Assembly: GCA_047519465.1 (NCBI GenBank)
Contig: JAPVTA010000227.1
Coordinates: 5,687-69,686, forward strand
DNA length: 64,000 bases
Origin: Thermodesulfobacteriota bacterium
GTDB taxonomy: Bacteria; Desulfobacterota; BSN033; UBA1163
Reading direction: 5' to 3'
Part shown: positions 18,401 through 28,268 of the stretch, piece after piece
Numbering within the stretch: the stretch's first letter is position 1
Layout: every line of letters begins with the position of its first letter
The notes under the pieces: model-generated
What the model was told of the DNA's origin: nothing
The model's input: the letters and a program-made list of their open reading frames with translations, nothing else
The model's database searches: none
Made by a program: the position numbers and the translations under genes

Positions 18401-19534
18401 TCAATTGATATCATGATGCGCTATCCAGCTGTCGGCTTCCCTGTTTGTCCCCTCAAGCCAGAACCTCTCGATGGTCTCCCTTACCTCTGCAAACCTGCTC
18501 AGGCTCTTAACCACCGAATGAAGCGAATCTTTTTTCCGTAAAGGCGCGGATTTTTGTTCAATCAGCTCCCGTATTTTTTCGACGGCGTGTAATCCAATGG
18601 ACAGTCCCAGCTCTCGGAAGGCGAGACGGTAACCAGCAGGGAGCTTCAAAGAATTTTCTTTCGAAAAGGAATTTAAACCGATCAGGGAAGACTCCGATAA
18701 CGTCTCCAGCAGGCCGGTTTGTTCAAGATTTCCGCTGACAATCAATTGAGCCACCCTGCAGGCATCAAACAAAAGACCGCCGATACCGAGAGGGTCATCT
18801 GTGGCCCAGATGATTCCTTGGCAAATATTGGCCATGTCGAGAATCTCTGCACGGAGATCGTTCCCCATTGATTTTTTCGGGTCTTTTGCTGCAGTCGCCC
18901 GAAGTTCGTTGTAAGTAACAAATCCGTCGATGGGGTCATGTTGCCCCATGGACACCACGAGAGGACGGGAAAGGTCTATACTCATTTTCCAATACATACG
19001 CTTCGGACCACCGTAGGACGAAGCATAGATAAAGCTGGCATGGGCAGTTTTTGCAAGCTCTATCGCCCACGTATTGTACTTTAAATCGCCGGTGACGCCA
19101 CCTACACGGTTAAGAGCATGCATCCACTTTGTCAAATAATGGTAGTACTGCCCATCCCGATCCCACTCCAAACGTTCATCAAAAGGATCGCTGGGTCCAC
19201 GTTCTTGCAATTGCTTGCCTATCCTCAACCCCCCTTTGGTGGGATGTAGCCTGCCGTCCTCCTCATCGAGGCCGCTGATCCAGCCGGTCCGTGAGTCGTC
19301 TTTGCGGTGGTGGCCGAGTGTGTCGTGAACTTGATCAACGAGCTTCAGTGCCAGATCCTTGAATTCTTCGTCCCCGGTCTCCTGATAAAGGCCGAGAAAG
19401 TTGCAGACTGCGAATGCGTCGGTCCATAGGTAGCGCCGGGGTGCAGCGCTTGCTGGTGAGAGTCCGGTTTGTTTGGCAAATCGCTTCATGATTTCCCGGA
19501 CAGTGGGCTGAGATTCATTTTGTTTTACTGGCAT
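18401..19534 (-). CDS. Hypothetical protein (unknown function), probably co-transcribed with the HExxH protein
   Basis: Codon-consistent long ORF; GGAGG RBS precedes Met at 19534. No motif confidently recognised. Confidence 0.35.
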   Translation of the reverse strand: MPVKQNESQPTVREIMKRFAKQTGLSPASAAPRRYLWTDAFAVCNFLGLYQETGDEEFKDLALKLVDQVHDTLGHHRKDDSRTGWISGLDEEDGRLHPTKGGLRIGKQLQERGPSDPFDERLEWDRDGQYYHYLTKWMHALNRVGGVTGDLKYNTWAIELAKTAHASFIYASSYGGPKRMYWKMSIDLSRPLVVSMGQHDPIDGFVTYNELRATAAKDPKKSMGNDLRAEILDMANICQGIIWATDDPLGIGGLLFDACRVAQLIVSGNLEQTGLLETLSESSLIGLNSFSKENSLKLPAGYRLAFRELGLSIGLHAVEKIRELIEQKSAPLRKKDSLHSVVKSLSRFAEVRETIERFWLEGTNREADSWIAHHDIN

Positions 19535-20378
19535 AACGCTGGTGTACCTCCAAGCCTGTTGCCATAACGCAGTGAAGGTTGTAGTGCGGCACTCCGAGCC
19601 CCCGCGCAACCTCCCTAAAGCTTATCCCCAGGCAGGGACCACATCCCCGCTGAGGATTTAGAAGAAGCACCTGTTATTGTTCCGGGTCAAGTCGCCAAGC
19701 ATCATTATTAACCCATAACTACTTCAAAAAAAGGGAAGAATCAAGGAGAGAAATAGGGGATAAGGTGTTTTCTGATTTAAGCAAGCAGCGAAGGAAGCAG
19801 GGTTGATGCTTAGGGACAGTTACATCGTGGTTACACCGCCTCTAAAAGTAAAGGAAGGTCAACCATTTAAAGAGGCGCAGGGGATATCTAGTCCCTTGTA
19901 CTGCGCCAGACGACCCTCCGCTAACCTCTTCCTTCTTATAATCCAGAATCGAACAATTTTGAGAAGCATGCTTGCTAACAATTAACAATGAGCTTAAGAC
20001 TTCTGCTCTTTCGTCCCTTTTGATATGTCCTACATATCGTAACCTTCAAAGAGGTGCGTACAGTGGCAAGATATTGAGCCCTGCCCACTATTTCAGAGGC
20101 GCCCTTCCCAACGATTTACCTCGATGATTCGGAGTCTCAGATTCTATCCCCTGATTCCTTCTATGCTCACCCGGATTACCCGATGGATTCCTATGTGAAC
20201 TGATCTTTGGTGGATAAGGGGTTGGTTTGTCTGCAGGAAGGGGCAAAAAAACCTTTTTATCGACAAGTGAGTATGGATATCCTGTCTTGTGTCATACTAA
20301 TCCCGCTCCGAAATCTCTTTGTCCCGGTCCCCACAGGATGTCCTGAGAAAGCACCTAATATCTTGCGATTTCTTCTTC

Positions 20379-20474
20379 TTGACATACAACTCCCTTGTTT
20401 CTATAGTCGATCCATCCTGAAGCGGCTTCTTATCAGTTTTTTTCCTTGACATACAACGGGGGGGTTCCTATACT
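20379..20474 (+). promoter_or_regulatory. Two tandem near-consensus sigma70 promoters (TTGACA-17 bp-TATAGT and TTGACA-17 bp-TATACT)
   Basis: -35 at 20379-20384 with -10 at 20402-20407; -35 at 20446-20451 with -10 at 20469-20474. The second spacer contains a G7 run. They lie upstream of the lipoprotein gene. Confidence 0.5.
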
Positions 20475-20517
20475 AAAAACGCAATTAGTGACAAATTTTT
20501 TTAAGGAAGGGGATAAT

Positions 20518-21075
20518 ATGAAATTAAGGGTATCCTTTATTGTCGCATTTTTAATCGCCTGCCCCATCCTTCTCACATCTTGCGCGTCGGGGACGGCGTA
20601 TCAAAAGGCCGATGCGCCCGCAACGAAGGCGGTGATATACGTATACCGCCCATCGCGTTTGCTCGGCGCTGCCCTGTCATATTCGCTGTGGGATGTCACG
20701 AATGCGATCGTGACGAAGAAAGTCTCCATCGTACCCAACGATGCCTTCGGCTATAACCCGGCAAAAGATACGCGCATCGACCAATTCAGAGAAGGCATGA
20801 AGTACAGCAAAAAGCTCGCGCGGCTAGTCAACGGGAGTTATTACGCCTATACCGTAGACCCGGGTACCTACTACTTCATTGTGGAGAATACTTCTGGCAT
20901 CGGCAAAGGATGGGGGGTCACCGATGCGGTCACCAAAGTCGAGGCGGAGGCCGGCAAGCGGTATTTTTTCTACTCCTGGGTTGGAGGCGGCGGTCGGGCT
21001 TATATGGAGACCAGGACTGTGGAGAAGGGTGAAAAGGAGATAACCGGGTGCAAACTAGTAGTCGAAGAGAAATAA
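20518..21075 (+). CDS. Lipoprotein of unknown function
   Basis: 'MKLRVSFIVAFLIACPILLTSCASG' is a signal peptide plus lipobox (LLTSC). RBS GGAAGGGGA precedes the start. Confidence 0.55.
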   Translation: MKLRVSFIVAFLIACPILLTSCASGTAYQKADAPATKAVIYVYRPSRLLGAALSYSLWDVTNAIVTKKVSIVPNDAFGYNPAKDTRIDQFREGMKYSKKLARLVNGSYYAYTVDPGTYYFIVENTSGIGKGWGVTDAVTKVEAEAGKRYFFYSWVGGGGRAYMETRTVEKGEKEITGCKLVVEEK

Positions 21076-21764
21076 CCCGGAAACATCAAATAAATTCTTA
21101 TCCCTACGGTAATTGAATTCCTGAGGTCCTGGCGACCTTCGGCCCTGCTTCTTTTGGAACTTAGATTGTTCTTATCTGCTGTATCTCCGTCTGTTTCCCA
21201 ATTACGGAAAAGGTGTTGGTATAGATATCATTTATTGAATTGGGATGCACATTCGCACCAGTAATCGTCGACACCCAGAGTCACTCCAGGCTAACGATTT
21301 GTAGGTAACATTCTTTTCACTCACCGTTTTTTCAGACCCCCGTGTTACTTAACTGGGGGCTTGATTACTTCCTGAAACACTCAAAATCGAAGTTTGCCAT
21401 AGGATTGAAGATTACAATCAGATATCTTCAGTTGGGGTAATGTGCAGATAGTAGCAAGCCATATATGAATTTAAAAATTCGGGGTCCACCCCCAACATAT
21501 TGCGTCTCCTTAAAGCCCTGCGCTGGATTGTTGGCACTTGAGGCTCCCCAAATCCCTACCCAAAATTCCCCTTGACAATCCTCTCATTTTGAACTATTTT
21601 CTAGCCATCGTTTCCCTACAGTTCCTATTTGACCCAACAGCCTAACCTCTAATCTTCTGGAGGGTGTCATGTTAAGGATTCCCAGAAGATGCCAATGCGA
21701 TGATTCCAAGGGAGATTTGTTTTTTCCTGGAGCACTTCTCGTTTTTATGCCTAAGGAGAGGAAG

Positions 21765-22430
21765 ATGAAGAGACTTTTTTTCATGGTAGCGATCCTTTTA
21801 AGTTTTGTGATGATCAATACTACTGCTGAGGCACAGGGTATTTCTAAAGTCCTTCTCATTCCGCGGGAAGGTGAATCGAGTAACCTGGACGTTATGCTTA
21901 AGAAAGAAGTAGGGGTCATGACCGACTTGCTGCAGAAGGCAGGCTTCAAAGTAGTGGTGGCAAATGTTTCCGGTCAACCCATGGAAGGAATCATGAGAAC
22001 GCTTAAGCCCGATTTGAAGTTATCCGAGGTGAAGGTAGATGACTATGTGGGGGTTATACTACCATGCATGGCTGTCGGTCTGTTGCCTGGCCCACCGGTA
22101 TCCCCTGTCGCTGTTTCCATCGTTAAGCAAGCTGTAGAGAGAGGAAAACCAGTGGCGGCTCCGCTTGGTTCCGTTTACATCTTAGCTGAAGCCGGGGCTT
22201 TAAAGGGCAGGCGTTATGCCTTTGCGGATGATCCGCTTATTGAACTTCCCGGTATTAGGAAGAAGGATTTGAGATTTGAAGGAGCCATCTATAGCGGCTT
22301 GGGTGTTGTCCGGGATGGAAGAATCATCACTTCGGGAGTTTGCCCTGCGACGGAAGGATGGTTGGGAAGGCCGGATTGCACTCCTGAACTCACCAGGGCA
22401 TTTATCGCGGAGCTTGGCCGAAAAAAGTGA
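21765..22430 (+). CDS. Secreted DJ-1/PfpI-like (class I glutamine amidotransferase-like fold) protein
   Basis: Signal peptide 'MKRLFFMVAILLSFVMINTTAEAQG'; 'VGVILPCMAVGL' nucleophile-elbow-like segment. Weak assignment. Confidence 0.35.
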   Translation: MKRLFFMVAILLSFVMINTTAEAQGISKVLLIPREGESSNLDVMLKKEVGVMTDLLQKAGFKVVVANVSGQPMEGIMRTLKPDLKLSEVKVDDYVGVILPCMAVGLLPGPPVSPVAVSIVKQAVERGKPVAAPLGSVYILAEAGALKGRRYAFADDPLIELPGIRKKDLRFEGAIYSGLGVVRDGRIITSGVCPATEGWLGRPDCTPELTRAFIAELGRKK

Positions 22431-22491
22431 GAATCAAGAGCATCCAATCCAAACCAAGATTTTTTGAGACAATTATGTCCTCGTTCCCTTT

Positions 22492-24783
22492 ATGGAACAT
22501 TCAGGAGACGATCACATGACCCCAGAGGAATTTAAACGCAAGCTCACCGCCATTCTGAGTGCAGATGTCAAAGGTTACAGCCACCTCATGGGGGAAGATG
22601 AGGAAACCACTCTCCGGACGCTGAATGCCTACAGGGAGGTGATGGGGAGCCTCATCCAGCAACACCGGGGTCGAGTCGTCGACACTGCAGGAGATAGCGT
22701 ATTGGCGGAGTTTGCCAGCGTGGTGGATGCGGTTCAGTGCGCCGTGGAGATTCAGCAGGTGCTGAGGGCGAAGAACGCCGTGGTGCCTGAGAGCCGCAGG
22801 ATGGAGTTTCGGATCGGGATCAATCTTGGAGATGTGATTGAGGAGGGAGATACGATTTACGGAGATGGAGTGAACATTGCGGCCCGACTCGAAGGCTTGG
22901 CGGAGGCAGGCGGGATCTGCATCTCCGAGACTGCCTATCAACAGATTGAGAACAAGCTACCCCTCCGGTATGACTACCTTGGTGAGCACGAGGTGAAGAA
23001 CATTGCCAAGCCGGTGCGCGTTTACCGTGCGCGAATAGAGCCGGAGGCTGCTCCTTCCAAATTGGGTAAGGAGAAAAAGCCTGTCGGGAAACCGTTATCC
23101 AGGGCTGTGTTGGGTATAATAGCCATCGTTGTGATAGCCGGGGCAGTAATCCTTTATCAGTTTGTCCTCCGTTCCTCTCCATCTAAGACTGAGGTAGCCT
23201 CCAAGGAGAAGATGGCTTTCCCTTTGCCCGACAAACCCTCCATTGCCGTGCTTCCATTTGTAAACATGAGCGACGATGCCAAGCAGGAATATTTCAGCGA
23301 CGGAATTACTGAGGACCTGATAACGGACCTCTCCAAGGTCTCCGGTGTCGTGGTGATTGCTCGCAACTCGACCTTCACTTACAAGGGAAAGCCCGTAAAG
23401 GTCAAGCAGGTTGCTGAAGAGCTCGGCGTCCGTTACGTTCTCGAAGGGAGTGTACGCAGGGCCGGTGATGAAGTTCGCATCAATGCCCAGCTCGTCGATG
23501 CTCTGACCGGTCATCACCTATGGGCAGAACGATATGACGGCAAAATAGATAAGATTTTTTCCTTGCAGGATCAAATCACCAAGAAGATTGTTTCTGCCCT
23601 ATCGGTGAAGCTGATCGGGAGTGAAAAGGAACTGGTCGTCCAAAAGGGAACGAATAATGCGGCGGCTTACGATGAATTTCTGGGAGGATGGGGACACTAT
23701 CTCCGGTTCACCCCGGAGGATTTCTCGAAGGCAGTAATTTCCTTTAAAAAGGCCATCGAGCTGGACCCAAACTATGGGCGGGCTCATGCCGCTCTGGCTT
23801 TGGTTTACTGGACCGGTAGTACACAACCCGCATTGCTTCGGGGACTGGAGATCGTTTTCGAGGAGGCTCGTTTGCGGTCCCGTGAATACTTGCAGAAGGC
23901 TATGAAGCAGCCTACATCCATTGCTTACAATGTTTCCTCGCAGATGTATCTTTACGGCCGTCAGCATAAAGAGGCGATTTCCGAACTGGAACGGGCCCTC
24001 TCCATGGATCCCAATGATCTTTCCTGCATTCAATCCATGGGTTTGACCTTGAGCATGGCCGGCAGGCCGAAGGAGGCGATTGAATATATCAATAGAGGAA
24101 TGCGGTTAGACCCACAAAACCCTTCCAGATATTTAGCTCTACTCGGGATGGCCCATTTTTGCATGGGGGAATTACAGGAGGCTGCGAGTTTGAGCGAAAA
24201 GGCATTGCGACTGAATCCGGAAAATGTGGGAATGGGAGTCCAAGTTGCGGCATTCTACGGGCTTATGGGTCGTGACCAGGAAGCCCGTGAGACGCTTGCA
24301 AATGTCAGAAAAAAGTTGCGAATTTTTCCCCTGGATGTTCAAATGTGGAGCTATTACTTCAGGGACCGCGCAGTTGCAGATCGGTATGCGAAGGGCCTTC
24401 TCAAGGCAGGGGTGTCGGGCCAACCATCCGGATATTTACCCGCGTTCAAAGGAAACCAGCTTACCGGAGAAGAAATCAGGACTCTACTCTTCGGTTCGAC
24501 AATCACCGGAATTCGTTTTATTAGGGGTATCAATGGTACGCGGTGGTGGATTGATTGGAAAAAAAATGGAGAATGCATTTGGCATGGGGTAATTACTTCT
24601 GATTCTGATCGTGGAAACAGCCGGATTGAAGGCGATATGATCTGCACTCAGTATCAAAAGAACTGGTGGGGACTCGAAGGTTGTGCGACTGTTTTCAGAA
24701 ATCCCTCAGGCACGCCCGAAACTAAAGACGAGTATTTCTTTGCGCATGACATCGGATTTCAGACATTCTCGCCGGTGCACTGA
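22492..24783 (+). CDS. Class III adenylate/guanylate cyclase domain protein with transmembrane segment and C-terminal TPR repeats
   Basis: Cyclase homology domain 'LTAILSADVKGYSHLM ... GDSVLAEF ... RIGINLGDVIEEGDTIYGDGVNIAARLE'. TM helix 'VLGIIAIVVIAGAVILY'. TPR-like repeats in the C-terminal half. Confidence 0.8.
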   Translation: MEHSGDDHMTPEEFKRKLTAILSADVKGYSHLMGEDEETTLRTLNAYREVMGSLIQQHRGRVVDTAGDSVLAEFASVVDAVQCAVEIQQVLRAKNAVVPESRRMEFRIGINLGDVIEEGDTIYGDGVNIAARLEGLAEAGGICISETAYQQIENKLPLRYDYLGEHEVKNIAKPVRVYRARIEPEAAPSKLGKEKKPVGKPLSRAVLGIIAIVVIAGAVILYQFVLRSSPSKTEVASKEKMAFPLPDKPSIAVLPFVNMSDDAKQEYFSDGITEDLITDLSKVSGVVVIARNSTFTYKGKPVKVKQVAEELGVRYVLEGSVRRAGDEVRINAQLVDALTGHHLWAERYDGKIDKIFSLQDQITKKIVSALSVKLIGSEKELVVQKGTNNAAAYDEFLGGWGHYLRFTPEDFSKAVISFKKAIELDPNYGRAHAALALVYWTGSTQPALLRGLEIVFEEARLRSREYLQKAMKQPTSIAYNVSSQMYLYGRQHKEAISELERALSMDPNDLSCIQSMGLTLSMAGRPKEAIEYINRGMRLDPQNPSRYLALLGMAHFCMGELQEAASLSEKALRLNPENVGMGVQVAAFYGLMGRDQEARETLANVRKKLRIFPLDVQMWSYYFRDRAVADRYAKGLLKAGVSGQPSGYLPAFKGNQLTGEEIRTLLFGSTITGIRFIRGINGTRWWIDWKKNGECIWHGVITSDSDRGNSRIEGDMICTQYQKNWWGLEGCATVFRNPSGTPETKDEYFFAHDIGFQTFSPVH

Positions 24784-25424
24784 ATATATTAATAACCCGA
24801 ACATGGCTTATCTGGTTTGTTTCTCGGCTCCCTGATCAAGGCAGGATTGTGGTTCAGGTAATTTGGTAGAAGGTGGGTATATCTGGTGTAAATCTTCTGT
24901 TTTTAAACCGCCAAAAAAGGTTGGATTTGATTTTCATATATCTATGCGGCCTGATGATTTCTATCGGAAATCTTCGACTCTTTAAGCATGCCTTGATTGA
25001 AGAGTAGTAGGTGGAAGCGTTAGCCGAGAGGCGAGCCGGAACTCCCTTTTTTCGGAAGGCTCAATATCTGCTATACACCTTGCCTTTTTCAAAACCAGAA
25101 AAGCTATGATTTGAAGATCGAATAGAAACATTTCGGGGATATTTTGAGTAAGTTTGTATTGGCAAGCTATCAGGCCGTCAGAGGCCATGAAGATTAGATC
25201 AATTTGGTCTCCATAACTTTTCCCATACCTATTTTGGCGTCAGGGATGAGAAATGGAATCCGGGTTCTCCCTGAGGCTGTGGATTTTAAATTTCGGTTCG
25301 AAATTGTACATCCCTACTATAAATCAATAAGTTTTTCCCTTAAACTTCTTCAACGTGGATCTCATAAATTCACACCGAGCAGGCTCGCGAGCCGAAAGAA
25401 AATTTTCACAATTAAAAATTTTTC

Positions 25425-25461
25425 TTGACAAATTAGTTTACTTTTGGTAAACGAAGTTTAC
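25425..25461 (+). promoter_or_regulatory. Putative promoter (-35 TTGACA) overlapping palindromic operator GTTTAC-N5-GTAAAC plus a third GTTTAC half-site
   Basis: Read directly upstream of the XRE-cupin regulator start at 25467. Confidence 0.35.
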
Positions 25462-25466
25462 ACATC

Positions 25467-26021
25467 ATGGATGAGCTAAGAATCGGTAGAAAAATACGTC
25501 AGATTCGGCTTCAAAATAAGCTCACGCTCCTCGAGATTGCTCAAAAGACAGGTTTCACCAAAGGTTATCTTTCCTTGATTGAGCAGGGAAAGAAATCTCC
25601 CCCTATTGCCACACTGAGCAAAATTGCCAAGGCCATTCTTGTGGATATGGGGGCCTTTTTTGAACAGAAAAAGCCAGAAGATAGTATCCTAATAGTGAGG
25701 AAAGGGAAGAGGGAGGTTGTTGTCAGGGACGGGTCCATCTTTGGATACCAGTATGAGTCCATCGCTCCCACGAAAATGCGTAAGAAAATGGAACCTTTTA
25801 TCATTACCCTCCCATCTAAAAGCAAAGAGGAGAATCGATTTGATCATGAGGGAGAAGAGCTCTTTTATGTATTGGAGGGCAGGATTAATTTCTTCTACGG
25901 AGGTAAGAAATACTTTTTAGCGGAGGGAGATTGCATTTACTTCGATTCCAGTATTCCTCATCGGGGCGAGGGGGTTGGGAAAAAACCTGCAAGAGCTTTG
26001 GTCGTCATTTATACACCTTGA
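25467..26021 (+). CDS. XRE-family HTH transcriptional regulator with C-terminal cupin domain
   Basis: 'IRLQNKLTLLEIAQKTGFTKGYLSLIEQGKKSP' is an XRE HTH; C-terminal 'HEGEELFYVLEGRINFFYGGKKYFLAEGDCIYFDSSIPH' is a cupin. Confidence 0.75.
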   Translation: MDELRIGRKIRQIRLQNKLTLLEIAQKTGFTKGYLSLIEQGKKSPPIATLSKIAKAILVDMGAFFEQKKPEDSILIVRKGKREVVVRDGSIFGYQYESIAPTKMRKKMEPFIITLPSKSKEENRFDHEGEELFYVLEGRINFFYGGKKYFLAEGDCIYFDSSIPHRGEGVGKKPARALVVIYTP

Positions 26022-26073
26022 GAGACCTGTGTACGGAAATGGGAGAATCAACTTTAAAAAAGGAGGTGCAGTC

Positions 26074-27294
26074 ATGAAGAAAAAGGAGGTTGGATTTATT
26101 TTAGGGGTATGCGGGATAGGACTCATGTTGGTAGGGTTCATTTGCGGAGGGCCGGTCATGGCCCAAGATACCATCAAGATTGGAGCAGTGCTACCTCTCA
26201 GCAAAGCCGCCTTTGCTCAGGCTGGAGAGGAGCAGAGGCGGGGATTGCTAATGGCATTGGAGGAGATTAATCAGACAGGAGGCGTTCTGGGGAAAAAGTT
26301 GGAAGTGATTATCGAAGATGACACTGGAGAGCCCTCTGTCGGTATTGCCGCCGCAGAGAAACTCCTTACCCGGGATAAGGTTGTGGCGTTGATTGGAGGC
26401 TATTCCAGCACCATTACGTTCGCACAGCTCAACGCGATTCAACGGCTGGAGCCCTTCGTCGCATGGGTAGGGGCTTCCTCGACCAAGGTGGAGCACGAGT
26501 TCGGACCAAAGCGATGGTTTTTTCACTATCATCCATGGGATTATCATCGTCAATCGACCATCCGGGATTTTCTGCTCACAATTTCACCGAGGCCCAAGAC
26601 TGTTGCCGTAGCCTATGAGGACGGGATCTATGGTACGACTAGCCGTGACTATGTAGTGAAATATTTAAAGGAGAAGGGGTTCGAGATTGTCTTCGACGAA
26701 CGTTTCAAGAGCGGTTCCTCCGATTTTACGCCAATGCTCACCAAGATTAAGAAGGCCAATCCAGATGTCTTCTATTGGGTAGCTTATGCTGGCGATACCA
26801 CCCTGATCATGAAACAGGCAAAGGAGATTGATTTAAACCTCAAACTCTTTCTTTCGGTAGCAATCAATTTCCCGCAATACAAAGAATCCCTTGGGGCAAC
26901 TGGAGACTTTGTGGCGGGTGTTGATGTGTGGATTCCGGGTATGAAACTTCCGGAGACGATTAAGTGGATGGAGAAGTTCAAGAAGGCCTACCCAGGACGG
27001 ACCCCTGAGTATTGGGCCCCTCTTGCCTATACCAATTTGATGACCGTCGTGGATGCCATCAAGAGGGCAGGGTCGACAGAGAAGGGAAAACTAATCGCCG
27101 CAATGGAGAAAACCGACTATAACTCACCTTTGGGAAGAATGACCTTCAAAAAGAGCGAGGAAGGTGGGCTGCATCAGGCTATTGATGAACAGATCATTAC
27201 CCAATGGCAGGCGGGAGTTTCACAAGTGGTATATCCTGCCAATAAAGCGACTGGTAAATTGATCTATCCAACACCGAACTGGAAAAATCGCTAG
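26074..27294 (+). CDS. ABC transporter periplasmic substrate-binding protein (LivK/Peripla_BP_6 family)
   Basis: Signal peptide 'MKKKEVGFILGVCGIGLMLVGFICGGPVMA', 'IKIGAVLPLSKAAFAQAG' and 'VALIGGYSSTI'. Confidence 0.8.
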   Translation: MKKKEVGFILGVCGIGLMLVGFICGGPVMAQDTIKIGAVLPLSKAAFAQAGEEQRRGLLMALEEINQTGGVLGKKLEVIIEDDTGEPSVGIAAAEKLLTRDKVVALIGGYSSTITFAQLNAIQRLEPFVAWVGASSTKVEHEFGPKRWFFHYHPWDYHRQSTIRDFLLTISPRPKTVAVAYEDGIYGTTSRDYVVKYLKEKGFEIVFDERFKSGSSDFTPMLTKIKKANPDVFYWVAYAGDTTLIMKQAKEIDLNLKLFLSVAINFPQYKESLGATGDFVAGVDVWIPGMKLPETIKWMEKFKKAYPGRTPEYWAPLAYTNLMTVVDAIKRAGSTEKGKLIAAMEKTDYNSPLGRMTFKKSEEGGLHQAIDEQIITQWQAGVSQVVYPANKATGKLIYPTPNWKNR

Positions 27295-27384
27295 AAGGTT
27301 GCGCTCGTTGAATAAATTCTAACTCTACCTGATTCCCCCAACTGTTAGGGAGAATAACGGGTTAGGAACGGAAAAGAGTCTATT

Positions 27385-28263
27385 ATGGACTGGGCTAGTT
27401 TCTTTCAGAGCCTTGCGAATGGAATTCTGATCGCCGGACTTTATGCGGCAGTAACTTTGGGTTTAACACTTGTCCTTGGAGTTATGGGAATTGTCAATTT
27501 TGCCCATGGTGAACTGGTCATGCTGGGGGCCTATAGCACCTTTTGGTTATTTACCCTATTGCGAATTGATCCAATGCTGTCGATCGCCATGAGTGGCCTG
27601 ATCCTGTTCATCATTGGACTCCCGATCTACCGTTTCACCATCCGACCGATCCTGAAGGATCCTCCGCTCAATCAACTCCTCCTCACCCTTGGCATCTCCA
27701 TCTTTCTTCAGAACTTAGCAATGATCCTCTGGAAGACGGATTCGAGGTCAGTTATCACCTCCTATTCTGGTACGTCACTCCACCTCGAGATGGTTAACAT
27801 AGGGTTGACACGTTTGATCACTTTCTTGATTGCTGTGGTGTTAACGGTCTTCCTTGTCTTCTTTCTCTACAAGGCAAGGCCAGGAAGGGCGATGCGAGCG
27901 GTCAGTGAGAACAATACTGCTTCTTGGCTGATCGGCATTAATGTTCAAAAGACCTATCTTTTGGCTTTTGGGGTGGCCTCAGGTCTGGCGGGGGCCTCTG
28001 GTGCCCTGGTTAGTACTATCATGTATACTTTCCCAATGGTGGGTTTCAAATTAAGTCTGAAGGCCTTCTGTATCCTGATCCTTGGGGGATTAGGTAATAT
28101 TCCGGGCGCTTTATTTGGAAGCCTGATACTAGGGTTGACCGAATCTTTTGTTGGGACCTATGTTCCAGAAGGATCAGGATGGGCTGAAGGGATCTCTTTT
28201 ATGCTTATTATGATTATTCTCGTTATTAAACCTACTGGTCTGGCTGGAACTCGGCGGGAGTAG
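27385..28263 (+). CDS. Branched-chain-amino-acid-type ABC transporter permease (LivH-like)
   Basis: Multi-TM protein with a LivH-like pattern ('NFAHGELVMLGAY'). Confidence 0.8.
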   Translation: MDWASFFQSLANGILIAGLYAAVTLGLTLVLGVMGIVNFAHGELVMLGAYSTFWLFTLLRIDPMLSIAMSGLILFIIGLPIYRFTIRPILKDPPLNQLLLTLGISIFLQNLAMILWKTDSRSVITSYSGTSLHLEMVNIGLTRLITFLIAVVLTVFLVFFLYKARPGRAMRAVSENNTASWLIGINVQKTYLLAFGVASGLAGASGALVSTIMYTFPMVGFKLSLKAFCILILGGLGNIPGALFGSLILGLTESFVGTYVPEGSGWAEGISFMLIMIILVIKPTGLAGTRRE

Positions 28264-28268
28264 AAGGG

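Noticed and set aside
22501-24033. Several 70-146-aa minus-strand ORFs inside the adenylate cyclase-TPR gene
   Set aside because: They are antisense to a long, motif-rich CDS. GC-rich genes commonly give such open antisense frames.
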